Part shown: one piece after another, positions 1-8,477 of the stretch
Position numbering within the stretch: the stretch's first letter is position 1
Layout of the letters: every line of letters begins with the position of its first letter
Origin: an uncultured Solirubrobacter sp.
GTDB taxonomy: Bacteria > Actinomycetota > Thermoleophilia > Solirubrobacterales > Solirubrobacteraceae
Length of the DNA stretch: 41,962 bases
Assembly: GCA_937871635.1 (NCBI GenBank)
Contig: CALMNS010000008.1
Location: 1 to 41,962, forward strand
Direction: 5' to 3'
Position numbers and translations under genes: made by a program
Notes under the pieces: model-generated
What the model was told of the DNA's origin: nothing
Seen by the model: only the letters and a program-made list of their open reading frames with translations
Database searches by the model: none

Positions 1-677
1 CCCGTGACGCGCGCCTGCACCGGCTCGACGCGGGCGCCGGCGGCGGCGAGGCGCTGGACCAGCATGTCCGTGTAGGGGGTGCCGGGCCGGCTCCAGGTCA
101 GCAGCGGCTCGCCGTCGAGCTCGGCCAGCCGCACCGCGCGGCCGTCGGCCAGCCGATGCCCAAGCGGGACGAACAGGGCGGCGGGCGTGGGACGCAGGGG
201 GGCGCTGTCGATCTCGGGCGCTCCGGACGAAGTGCGGGCGAGCACCGCGTCCACCGCCCGGTCGCGCAGCAGGGGAGCCAGCTCGGCGGGCCGCACCTCG
301 TGGAAGGCGACCGACAGCTCCGGCGCCCCGTCACAGAGCGCTCGCACCGCCTCGGCCCGCACCCGCCCGCCGACCGCCGGGGTCACTCCGATGCGCACCG
401 TCCCCACCAGACCGTGCCCGACTGCCCTGGCCTTCTCCCAGGCGGCGTCGGCCGCCGCCAGCAGGCCGCGACCGTCGGCCAGCAGGGCGGCGCCCGCCGG
501 GGTGAGCGTCACCGCGTGGGTGGTGCGGTCGAGCAGGGGAACGCCGAGCTCGCCCTCCAGCTGCGCCACCAGACGCGACGCGGCCTGCTGGCTCAGGAAG
601 AGCCGCTGGGCGGCCCGGGTGAAGTTGAGCTCCTCGGCCACCGCCACGAAGGCGCGCAGCTGGCGGAGCTCAGGCAC
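1..677 (-). CDS. LysR-family transcriptional regulator (3' end runs off window)
   Basis: Own translation of the minus strand from GTG at 677 gives VPELRQLRAFVAVAEELNFTRAAQRLFLSQQAASRLVAQLEGELGVPLLDRTTHAVTLTPAG..., a LysR winged-HTH followed by a substrate-binding region. Divergent from the aldo/keto reductase. Absent from the ORF track because there is no stop codon inside the window. Confidence 0.8.
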   Translation of the reverse strand, partial: MPELRQLRAFVAVAEELNFTRAAQRLFLSQQAASRLVAQLEGELGVPLLDRTTHAVTLTPAGAALLADGRGLLAAADAAWEKARAVGHGLVGTVRIGVTPAVGGRVRAEAVRALCDGAPELSVAFHEVRPAELAPLLRDRAVDAVLARTSSGAPEIDSAPLRPTPAALFVPLGHRLADGRAVRLAELDGEPLLTWSRPGTPYTDMLVQRLAAAGARVEPVQARVT

Positions 678-762
678 CGGCGCCCATCCGCGGGAGCGGC
701 CGTTGTGGAGTCACATCCCATCCGTGTTTGCACCCGGAGCGGATCGCGCCCATGGTCTGAGT

Positions 763-1758
763 ATGAACACACGAGCACTTTCGGACAGCGGTCCTCGCGT
801 CTCGGCCATCGGCCTGGGCGCCATGGGCATGTCGGACCTCTACGGGCCGACCGACGAGGGCGAGAGCATCGCCACCATCCACGCCGCCATCGACGCCGGG
901 ATCACCCTGATCGACACCGGCGACTTCTACGGCTCGGGCCACAACGAGCTGCTGATCGCCCGCGCGCTCAGGGACCGCCCGCGCGACGCGGTGACCATCA
1001 GCGTCAAGTACGGCGCATTGCGCGACCCGTCCGGCGGCTTCGTCGGCTACGACGCCGGACCCGCCGCGACGAAGAACGCCCTGGCTCAGACCCTGCGGCG
1101 CCTGGGCACCGACCACGTCGACGTCTACCGTCCTGCTCGCCTGGACCAGACCGTGCCGATCGAGGAGACGGTGGGCGCGATCGCCGAGATGGTCCAGGCC
1201 GGCTTCGTGCGTCACGTCGGGCTCTCGGAGGTCGGCGCCGAGACCCTGCGCCGGGCGGCCGCCGTGCACCCGATCTCCGACCTGCAGATCGAGTACTCGC
1301 TCCTCTCGCGCGGCCTCGAGCAGGAGATCCTCCCGACCGCCCGCGAGCTCGGCGTCGGCATCACCGCCTACGGCGTGCTCTCGCGGGGGCTGCTCTCGGG
1401 GCACTGGAGCGCGGGGCGTGAGCTGTCCGCGTACGACTTCCGCTTCATGAGCCCCCGGTTCCAGGGCGAGAACCTCGAACACAACCTGGCCTTGGTCGAG
1501 CGCCTGCGCGAGGTGGCCGAAAGCCACGAGGCCAGCGTCTCGCAGGTGGCCATCGCCTGGGTGCTCCACCAGGGCGAGGACATCGTGCCGCTGGTCGGTG
1601 CCCGCCGCCGCGACCGGCTCCACGAGGCGCTCGGCGCCGCCGACCTCGAGCTCGACGCCGACGACCTGGCCCGAATCGAAGGGGCCGTGCCGGCCGGGGC
1701 GGCCGCCGGTGACCGGTACGCGGAGGTGATGATGGCCGACCTCGACAGCGAGCGCTGA
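763..1758 (+). CDS. aldo/keto reductase
   Basis: The C-terminal 331 aa of ORF 79..1758, starting at ATG 763, read [28 protein letters not shown]...[16 protein letters not shown]...[11 protein letters not shown]...[12 protein letters not shown], a typical AKR layout. The upstream part of the ORF is Arg/Ala/Ser-rich antisense of the LysR gene. Confidence 0.9.
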   Translation: MNTRALSDSGPRVSAIGLGAMGMSDLYGPTDEGESIATIHAAIDAGITLIDTGDFYGSGHNELLIARALRDRPRDAVTISVKYGALRDPSGGFVGYDAGPAATKNALAQTLRRLGTDHVDVYRPARLDQTVPIEETVGAIAEMVQAGFVRHVGLSEVGAETLRRAAAVHPISDLQIEYSLLSRGLEQEILPTARELGVGITAYGVLSRGLLSGHWSAGRELSAYDFRFMSPRFQGENLEHNLALVERLREVAESHEASVSQVAIAWVLHQGEDIVPLVGARRRDRLHEALGAADLELDADDLARIEGAVPAGAAAGDRYAEVMMADLDSER

Positions 1759-1835
1759 GGCACGCCGCTTCAAGCGAGACAGGTCGATGCGTCAGGCACG
1801 TCATCCGGCCGATGCGGGGATTCGGGATCAACCAT

Positions 1836-2378
1836 CTAGCGCCCGAGGAGCCGCGCCTCCGCCTGACGGCACCACTCGGCCGCCGACCGGTGCAGGGCGA
1901 TCCCGTAGTCGAGGACGAGCAGGCGGTTGGGCCCGGCGCCCCGCTCGGCGGCGGGGCGGGCACCCGACTCGAGCTGCTCGAGCTGGGCCTCATGGCCCGC
2001 CCGGAGCTTGCGAAGGATCGCCACCTGCCCGTCGACGTCGAGCTCGGCCGCGAAGAACAGCCGCAGGAGGTCCTCGTTGCGCATCTCGAAGTGGCCGAGG
2101 GCGTCGTCGGCCAGCCAGTCGCGGAGCGCGGCGCGACCCGCCGGGGTGAGGGCGTAGCTGTGGCGAATCGCCTCCCCACGCGGATCGTCCTCCGCCTCGA
2201 GCAGCCCCGCATCCTCGAGCCGTCGCAGCTCCGGGTAGATGCCGCCGACGCTGGCCGGCCAGAAGAAGCGGGTAGAGACGCCGACCGTCCGGGAGATCTC
2301 GTAGCCGTTGCGACGGCCGGCGGCGATCATGCCGAGGACGACGAGCGCGGTGTTGTTCAGGCCACGGCCGGTCGCCAC
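1836..2378 (-). CDS. PadR-family transcriptional regulator
   Basis: LVVLGMIAAGRRNGYEISRTVGVSTRFFWPASVGGIYPELRRLEDAGLLE is a PadR winged-helix signature. A C-terminal helical domain follows. Confidence 0.85.
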   Translation of the reverse strand: MATGRGLNNTALVVLGMIAAGRRNGYEISRTVGVSTRFFWPASVGGIYPELRRLEDAGLLEAEDDPRGEAIRHSYALTPAGRAALRDWLADDALGHFEMRNEDLLRLFFAAELDVDGQVAILRKLRAGHEAQLEQLESGARPAAERGAGPNRLLVLDYGIALHRSAAEWCRQAEARLLGR

Positions 2379-2503
2379 TTCGGCAGCCTAGCCGACCGTT
2401 CAACCCGATCGCTTAGCTTGAGCCAAGGACCCGGACCCCACCGATCGTCTGACCATCGTTACGGTGGAGCGACACCGGTCACCCGCGCCGCTGCTTGCCG
2501 GCT

Positions 2504-2528
2504 GACACCCACCTCGGGACGGGGTGTC
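2504..2528 (-). terminator. weak hairpin downstream of the oxidoreductase gene
   Basis: Arms GACACCC / GGGTGTC (7 bp) with an 11-nt loop, starting 4 bp past the stop at 2532. No U-tract. Confidence 0.2.
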
Positions 2529-2531
2529 GCC

Positions 2532-3584
2532 TCAAGACGCGAGGATCTCGATGACGACCTTGCCGAAGACCTCGGGGGCGAGCTGAGCCCGATAGGCGTC
2601 CTTCGCGTCGGCGAAGGAGTAGGTCTGGTGAATGGGGGGCTTGACCTGGCCTGCGTCGATGAAGCGGACGAGGTCCGCGTGCGCCCCAGCGCTTCCGACG
2701 CGGGTTCCGCGGATGGTGGCGGCCTTGGTCATCAGGGCGATGAAGTCGGGGGAGGTCTGCGTCTGGTCCATGAAGCCCGTCAGGGCGATCTCCCCGCCGT
2801 TGGCCAGCGCGGCGACGGACTGGTCCAGCGCGTTGGTCCCGGCGGCGTTCACGACGCGGTCGACGCCGCCGGTGCGCTCGAAGACGACCTCGCCCCAGTT
2901 CGGCGTGTCGCGGTAGTTGACCGTCTCGGTGGCGCCGAGGCGCCTGGTGCGATCGAGCTTCGCGTCCTGACTCGAGGTGGCGACGACCTCCGCGCCGGCG
3001 CCGCGCGCCAGCCCCACCGCGATGAGCGAGACGCCCCCGGAGCCGAGGACCAGGACCTTGTCGTCCCGTCCGACCGCTCGCGCGTAGGGCTGGTCGCCGT
3101 TGAGTGCCGTCCAGGCGGTCAGGCCGGCGCAGGGCAGCCCGGAGGCTTCCGCCAGGCTGAGGCTCTGCGGCGCTGCGGTGACCGCGTCCTCCGCGAGGAC
3201 CACGTACTCGGCGAGCATCCCCGGATCGCCCGCTGTGCCGGGCCCCAAGCCCAGGCCAGCGGCCAGCGGCCCGCCCCGCCACGCGGGGTAGTACAGGTTG
3301 GTGACACGGTCGCCGGGCCGCCAGGCGTCCACGCCGTCGCCGACGGCGTCGATCTCCCCCGCGCCGTCGGAGAGCGGGACGATGTCCTCGGTCGGGGCGC
3401 CGCCGTACTGCCCCATCAGCAGCAGCTGGTCGCGGAAGTTCAACGACGCCGCGTGCATCCGGACCCGCACCTGCCCCGGCCCCGGGACCGGCAGCGCGGC
3501 CTCCTCCAGCAGCAGGTCGTCGATCCCGGTGCCTCCGGCCTTGAAGACCCAGCGCTTCATCGCATCCTGCGTGCTCGAGCTCAT
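2532..3584 (-). CDS. NADPH:quinone oxidoreductase / zinc-type alcohol dehydrogenase-like (MDR superfamily)
   Basis: PGPGQVRVRMHAASLNFRDQLLLMGQY...VLVLGSGGVSLIAVGLARGAGAEVVATS shows a GroES-like N-domain and a Rossmann GxGxxG region. The start may instead be ATG 3560 (MKRW). Confidence 0.85.
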   Translation of the reverse strand: MSSSTQDAMKRWVFKAGGTGIDDLLLEEAALPVPGPGQVRVRMHAASLNFRDQLLLMGQYGGAPTEDIVPLSDGAGEIDAVGDGVDAWRPGDRVTNLYYPAWRGGPLAAGLGLGPGTAGDPGMLAEYVVLAEDAVTAAPQSLSLAEASGLPCAGLTAWTALNGDQPYARAVGRDDKVLVLGSGGVSLIAVGLARGAGAEVVATSSQDAKLDRTRRLGATETVNYRDTPNWGEVVFERTGGVDRVVNAAGTNALDQSVAALANGGEIALTGFMDQTQTSPDFIALMTKAATIRGTRVGSAGAHADLVRFIDAGQVKPPIHQTYSFADAKDAYRAQLAPEVFGKVVIEILAS

Positions 3585-3701
3585 GCCGACAGCGTGCGAC
3601 CCGCGCGGCGCCCTTGCCAGGACTCGCTTCGTCCGATGGCCTGCTCACCCTAGGTCCATCAGGACCAGCTTGGCCGGCTTGCCGGGCGTCATCCTGTACC
3701 G

Positions 3702-4592
3702 ATGGAGCACGACGTCGGGACCTTCCTGCGCTCACGCCGGGCGCGCCTGCAGCCCGGCGACGTTCGCCTGCCCGAGTTCGGGCGCCGGAGGGTGCCGGGG
3801 CTCAGGCGCGAGGAGCTCGCGCAGCTGGCCGGCGTCAGCGTGGACTACTACGTGCGCTTGGAGCAAGGCCGCGGCCTGCACGTCTCCGACAGCATCCTCG
3901 ATGCGGTGGCGACGGCGCTTCGGCTCTCCGAAGCGGAGCGGGATCACCTGCGCCTCCTCGCCCGTCCCCGCCACGACGCCGACGGCGCCGACGACGCGCG
4001 CCAGGAGGTCGCGCCGACGCTGCGGCGGCTGCTCGAGACCATGGAAGGGGTCCCGGCGTTCGTGCTCGGTCGCCGCACCGACGTGCTGGGCTGGAACGCC
4101 TTGGCCGATGCCGTCTTCGGCTTCAGCGCGCTGCCGCTCGGCGAGCGCAACAGCGCGCGGTTCACCTTCATCCATCCCGAGGCCCACGTCCTCTATCCCG
4201 ACTGGCGGACCGTCGCCGCCGAGACGGTCGCCTACCTCGCGCTCGACGCCGGGCGGCACCCCGGCGACCCTCAGCTCGAGCGGCTGGTCGGGGAGCTCGC
4301 GATCGCCAGCGAGACGTTCCGCGAGCTCTGGGCACGTCACGACATCCTCGAGCAGAGCCAGGGGCCCAAGCGGGTCGCGCACCCCGTCGCGGGCGAGCTG
4401 GAGTTCGAGTACCAGACGCTGCTGCCGCCCGACGACCCCGACCAGTTCCTCGTGACGCTCGTCCCCGGAGTCGCATCGGCGACCTCCGAGCGCCTGCGCC
4501 TGCTCGCCAGCTGGGGTCCGGCGACCCCGGAGGCGGTCCAAGCCAACATCGCGGACCCGGTCCCACCTTCGGTCGAGGATCGCCTCGGCTAG
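3702..4592 (+). CDS. MmyB-like transcriptional regulator (XRE-type HTH plus C-terminal ligand-binding domain)
   Basis: FLRSRRARLQPGDVRLPEFGRRRVPGLRREELAQLAGVSVDYYVRLEQGR...VLGWNALADAVF matches the family pattern. Divergent from the quinone oxidoreductase. Confidence 0.8.
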   Translation: MEHDVGTFLRSRRARLQPGDVRLPEFGRRRVPGLRREELAQLAGVSVDYYVRLEQGRGLHVSDSILDAVATALRLSEAERDHLRLLARPRHDADGADDARQEVAPTLRRLLETMEGVPAFVLGRRTDVLGWNALADAVFGFSALPLGERNSARFTFIHPEAHVLYPDWRTVAAETVAYLALDAGRHPGDPQLERLVGELAIASETFRELWARHDILEQSQGPKRVAHPVAGELEFEYQTLLPPDDPDQFLVTLVPGVASATSERLRLLASWGPATPEAVQANIADPVPPSVEDRLG

Positions 4593-4653
4593 CAGCACTC
4601 GAGGGCGGCGCCCACCGGCCCGGCTCGAGCGGCGCCGACCGGCGTGCCCGGCG

Positions 4654-5076
4654 TCAGGCCGGCGATCGGACCAGGCGCTGGCGGTGGTCGTCGATCGTGC
4701 CCATGTGCGTCTCGGCCCAGTCGCGCAGCGTGTCCAGTGGCCCGACGAGCGTGGTGCCGAGCGGCGTCAGCGCGTAGTGGACCGCCGGCGGGACGGTCGG
4801 TTCCACGCGCCGGGTCACGAGCCCATCGGCCTCGAGGTCACGCAGGGTCTGGGCCAGCATCTTGCGCGAGATCCCCGGTGCGCGGCGCTGCAACTCGGCG
4901 AAGCGGACCTCGGTCCCGGCATCCCCGAGGACCTTGACGAGCATCGAGGTCCACTTGCCGCCGAGGCGGTCCAGGAGCTTGCGCGTGGGGCACGCCGGAG
5001 TGAAGAGATCCCCCCGGCGCGCCCGAGCGTTACCTCGCGGTGCCGTCTTGTGGATCTGGTTCCCACCGGTGACCAT
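4654..5076 (-). CDS. HxlR-family transcriptional regulator
   Basis: CPTRKLLDRLGGKWTSMLVKVLGDAGTEVRFAELQRRAPGISRKMLAQTLRDLEADGLVTRRVEPTVPPAVHYALTPLG is an HxlR signature. Start trimmed to ATG 5076. There is no in-frame ATG/GTG/TTG between 5076 and the conserved Cys, and the upstream ORF extension is antisense of the next gene. Confidence 0.8.
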   Translation of the reverse strand: MVTGGNQIHKTAPRGNARARRGDLFTPACPTRKLLDRLGGKWTSMLVKVLGDAGTEVRFAELQRRAPGISRKMLAQTLRDLEADGLVTRRVEPTVPPAVHYALTPLGTTLVGPLDTLRDWAETHMGTIDDHRQRLVRSPA

Positions 5077-5965
5077 GGAACGAATGGTAACCAACGCGCC
5101 CGTCCTGACCATCTCTCGCGTCGAGGCCAACGGCCTCCAGGTCAACGTCACGACCGCCGGTGAGGGCCCCGCGGTGCTGCTGCTCCACGGCTGGCCGCAT
5201 ACCTGGTTCGTCTGGCGCGACGTGATCACCGAGCTCGCCCGCACCCACCGCGTCATCGCCCCGGATCTCCGCGGCCTCGGTCTGACGGGGACGCCCGGGG
5301 GCGGCTACGACCTCCACACGCTGTCCGACGACGCTGCGGCGCTGCTGACCGCGCTCGGCGTCCAGCGCGCGGCGCTGGTGGTGGGGCTCGACCTGGGCGC
5401 TCCCGTCGCCTGGATGACCGCCGTCCGCCACGGCGACCGCGTCGAGCGGCTGGCCGTGATGGAGGGGCTGCTCGGTCGCCTCCCCGGCGCCGAGGGCTTC
5501 CTGGCCGCCGGACCGCCGTGGTGGTTCGGCTTCCACACCGTGCCGGACCTGCCCGAGGCCGCCCTGACCGGACGCAGCGACGCCTACATCGACTGGTTCC
5601 TGCGCGCCGGGACTCACGAGCGCCGCGGGGTCGACGCCGAGCTGCGCGACGCGTTCGTGGCCGCGTACCGCGACCCGGCGGTGCTGCGCGCGGGCTTCGA
5701 CCACTACCGGGCCATGGCACACAACGCCGCGCTCGTCGAGGAGGCCGCCCGCGAGCCCCTGGCGCTGCCCGTCCTCGCGCTCGGGGGCGACACGGTCGGG
5801 AACGCGCTGCAGCACCAGCTCGAGCCGATCACGCGCAACCTCAGCGGCGAGATCTTCCCCGACTGCGGGCACATCATCCCAGCCGATGCGCCAGGCCTCC
5901 TCGTCGACCGGTTGGCGAAGCTCCTCGAAGTCCCCACGACCGCCTCCGCCCAGGCGGGTCGCTAG
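5075..5965 (+). CDS. alpha/beta hydrolase, epoxide-hydrolase/haloalkane-dehalogenase-like
   Basis: MERMVTNAPVLTISRVEANGLQVNVTTAGEGPAVLLLHGWPHTWFVWRDV carries the HGxP motif, and VVGLDLGAPVAW has an Asp at the nucleophile elbow. An alternative start is ATG 5084. Confidence 0.8.
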   Translation: MERMVTNAPVLTISRVEANGLQVNVTTAGEGPAVLLLHGWPHTWFVWRDVITELARTHRVIAPDLRGLGLTGTPGGGYDLHTLSDDAAALLTALGVQRAALVVGLDLGAPVAWMTAVRHGDRVERLAVMEGLLGRLPGAEGFLAAGPPWWFGFHTVPDLPEAALTGRSDAYIDWFLRAGTHERRGVDAELRDAFVAAYRDPAVLRAGFDHYRAMAHNAALVEEAAREPLALPVLALGGDTVGNALQHQLEPITRNLSGEIFPDCGHIIPADAPGLLVDRLAKLLEVPTTASAQAGR

Positions 5966-6870
5966 CGCTGCGTGGCCGGGACGACGATCTCGTCCCGCAC
6001 CCGCTGCACGATGTGCTCGGGGTAGGGCGCGGGGAGGGCGAGCACGACGTGGGTGAAGCCGGTCTCGAGCGCCGCGGTGACGTCCGCGAGGGCCCGGGGG
6101 AGGTCCTCGTAGTCGATCCCGATCTGCACGGACCGCTCGATGGCCCGCGGGTCACGGCCGACCTCGGCGCACGCCTCGTCGAGTGCCTGCGACCGCCGCT
6201 GCAGCTCCCCGGCGTCGTTGAGGGGAGCGCCCGGGAGGTTCCAGAGGTCGGCGTGGCGCGCGACGACCCGCAGGGTCCGCTCGCCCCAGCCGCCGATGAG
6301 GATCGGCGGGCGGGGGTCCTGGACCGGCTTGGGGTTGCCGAGGGCGCCGCGCAGCTGGTGATGGGCGCCGTCGAAGTCGAACGCCTCGTCCTCGGTCCAC
6401 AGGCGGGTGATGATCGTGCACGCCTCGTCGAGGCTGTCGGCGGCGTCACGGTGGGGGATGAGCGGGATGCCGTGGGCGTCGTACTCGCGGCGGGCGGCCG
6501 GGTGCCCGGGCGCCGAGCCCACCCCGATCCCCAGCGTGAGCCGGCCACCGGAGACGATGTCGGTGGTGGCCGCGATCTTCGCCAGCAGGGCCGGCGGCCG
6601 GAACCGGTTGCTGGTGACGACCAGGCCGAGGCCGAGGCGCTCGGTCTGCCCCGCGAGCGCGGCCAGCAGCGTCCAGCCCTCGAGCATCGGGCCGGACGGG
6701 TCGCCGTAGATCGGCAGCAGGTGGTCGAACAGCCAGGCGTGGGCGATCTCGGGGATCGCGTCGGCCTCGCGCCAGACGCGCAGGACATCGGCGTAGGCGA
6801 CGTGGGTGGGGCTCGTCTTGATCCCGAAGGTGACGGCGTGGGAGGCAGGCGGAGTCGCGGTGCGCGTCAC
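5962..6870 (-). CDS. LLM-class (luciferase-like) flavin/F420-dependent oxidoreductase
   Basis: FGIKTSPTHVAYADVLRVWREADAIPEIAHAWLFDHL...GRLTLGIGVG...PPILIGGWGERTLRVVARHADLWN is a luciferase-like monooxygenase fold pattern. GTG start overlaps the upstream stop by 4 bp (GTGA). Confidence 0.8.
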   Translation of the reverse strand: MTRTATPPASHAVTFGIKTSPTHVAYADVLRVWREADAIPEIAHAWLFDHLLPIYGDPSGPMLEGWTLLAALAGQTERLGLGLVVTSNRFRPPALLAKIAATTDIVSGGRLTLGIGVGSAPGHPAARREYDAHGIPLIPHRDAADSLDEACTIITRLWTEDEAFDFDGAHHQLRGALGNPKPVQDPRPPILIGGWGERTLRVVARHADLWNLPGAPLNDAGELQRRSQALDEACAEVGRDPRAIERSVQIGIDYEDLPRALADVTAALETGFTHVVLALPAPYPEHIVQRVRDEIVVPATQR

Positions 6871-7811
6871 TTGGAGTCCAGCCGGCCGACCGAGCCGGCG
6901 TGCTCGGCGACGGCCGCGGTCGCCGTCGTCCAGCTGGAGCCCTCGACGCCCAGTGCCGTGCGCAGGTAGGCGCTGGTGACCCGCTGGACGAGCGCGAGCC
7001 GGTCGGGGTCCTCGTCCGTCGTCGCGGCGACCTCGTAGCCCGAGACGCCGCCCAGGGAGTGCTCGCCCCCGAACAGGACGAGGAGGTCCCGGACGCCCGG
7101 GCTCAGGCGGAAGCCGTCGGTGAACCAGTCGGGCCCGCGGGGGGAGAGGAAGGACTGGTCGTGGTCGCCGGCGACCGCGAGGGCCCGGGTCGTCAGCGGC
7201 TCGAAGGCCGGGTTCATGAACGGGAAGGCCTCGGCCGCGAACGGCGTCAGGTCGTCGCCCCCGGTGCCGGTCAGCGACAGGAGCACCCCGGCCGTCACGC
7301 GGGCGTCGGACAGGTCCTCGCCGGCCTCGCCGTCGGCGTCCAGGACGCGTGCGCCGAGCAGGTGGCTCGCGGTCTGCGCGCCGTAGGAGTGCCCGGCGGC
7401 GGCGATCCGGCCGCGGTCCAGACGACCCGCGAGGCCGGGCACCGAGGCCTCGATGCGGTCGAGGTCGTCGAGGATCCGCGTGAGGTCCTCGACGCGGGTG
7501 CGCCAGACGCGCGGCGTGCGGGGATCCTCCGGCGACAGGCCGAGGCTCCGCGAGTCCAGGTGGGTCGGCTGGACGACCGCGAAGCCGTGGGCGGCCCAGA
7601 AGTCCGAGAGCGGCGCGTAGCCGGCCATCGACTCGCCGAAGCCGTGGGAGAACACGACGACCGGCAGCCGGTCCCCGGTCACGGGCGCCGTGACCCGCAC
7701 CTGCAGCTCGTCGCCGCGGTCCGGGGCCGGCAGCACCACGGGCTTGACCGAGACGGTCGGCGAAGCGTCGCCGGTCGCCACGTCGAAGGGGGAGCCGTTC
7801 AGGGCAGGCAT
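6867..7811 (-). CDS. alpha/beta hydrolase (chlorophyllase / PAF-acetylhydrolase / dienelactone-hydrolase-like)
   Basis: PVVVFSHGFGES...IAAAGHSYGAQTA shows the GHSYG nucleophile elbow. A GGAAGGA Shine-Dalgarno lies 7 nt before the ATG. Confidence 0.75.
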   Translation of the reverse strand: MPALNGSPFDVATGDASPTVSVKPVVLPAPDRGDELQVRVTAPVTGDRLPVVVFSHGFGESMAGYAPLSDFWAAHGFAVVQPTHLDSRSLGLSPEDPRTPRVWRTRVEDLTRILDDLDRIEASVPGLAGRLDRGRIAAAGHSYGAQTASHLLGARVLDADGEAGEDLSDARVTAGVLLSLTGTGGDDLTPFAAEAFPFMNPAFEPLTTRALAVAGDHDQSFLSPRGPDWFTDGFRLSPGVRDLLVLFGGEHSLGGVSGYEVAATTDEDPDRLALVQRVTSAYLRTALGVEGSSWTTATAAVAEHAGSVGRLDSK

Positions 7812-7879
7812 GGAAGTCCTTCCAGAGGATTGGGGTAGAGTCCCTCCCGAAATGGAGAGGGTGCCCGCATCACAGTAGC

Positions 7880-7892
7880 GGGGAGCCTCCCC
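7880..7892. promoter_or_regulatory. palindrome GGGGAG-C-CTCCCC in the TetR/hydrolase divergent intergenic region (candidate operator)
   Basis: Perfect 6+1+6 inverted repeat, read directly, 10 bp upstream of the TetR GTG start. Confidence 0.3.
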
Positions 7893-7901
7893 ACTTAGGC
7901 C

Positions 7902-8477
7902 GTGTCGTCGAAGACCACCCCCCGGAAACCCGTCAGACGCGCCGATGCCGAGCGCAACCGCGAGAAGATCCTCGAGGCCGCGCGCATCGCGTTCGCCGAT
8001 CCCGGCGCCGACGTCTCGATGGCCGAGATCGCCCGGCGCTCCGGGGTCGGCTCAGCGACGCTGTATCGCAACTTCGCCACCCGCCGGGAGCTGCTCGAAG
8101 CGCTCTACGTCGACGAGGTCGACGCGGTCTGCGACGCGGCGGCGACCATCGAGGGCGACACCCCCGGAGCCCGCTTCGTGGCCTGGCTGCACCGGTTCTT
8201 CCTCTACTTCACGAGCAAGCGCCACGTCGCCGCCGAGCTGCTCGAGCACTCCGACTCCGACAGCCCGGTGTTCGGAGCCAGCCGCGATCGCGTGCTCGCG
8301 GCCGGCCGGCCGCTCCTGCGCGCCGCCCAGGACGCCCAGGAGATCCAAGCCGACCTGACCCTCGAGCAGACGCTCGACCTGGTCGTCGCCGTCGGCAAGA
8401 TCCGCGGTGACCGGGCCTACCTCGAGCCGATCCTGCGCTCGGCCCTCAGCGGCCTGCGACGGCCTCCAAACGCCTGA
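7902..8477 (+). CDS. TetR/AcrR-family transcriptional regulator
   Basis: AERNREKILEAARIAFADPGADVSMAEIARRSGVGSATLYRNFATRRELLEALY is a canonical TetR N-terminal HTH. Confidence 0.9.
   Translation: MSSKTTPRKPVRRADAERNREKILEAARIAFADPGADVSMAEIARRSGVGSATLYRNFATRRELLEALYVDEVDAVCDAAATIEGDTPGARFVAWLHRFFLYFTSKRHVAAELLEHSDSDSPVFGASRDRVLAAGRPLLRAAQDAQEIQADLTLEQTLDLVVAVGKIRGDRAYLEPILRSALSGLRRPPNA

Noticed and set aside
79-762. N-terminal 228-aa extension of the aldo/keto reductase ORF.
   Set aside because: The extension is antisense of a clear LysR gene and compositionally junk-like. The AKR fold begins right at ATG 763.
1812-3653. Very long ORFs opposite or out of frame with the called genes. Examples: 1812..3653, 11704..13254, 13535..15031, 15775..17040, 17100..18425, 19929..21167, 35791..37767, 36587..38011.
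   Set aside because: Their products are Arg/Pro/Gly/Ala-rich and low in complexity, with no recognisable motifs. Each overlaps a frame with clear family signatures. Such shadow ORFs are expected in >70% GC DNA.
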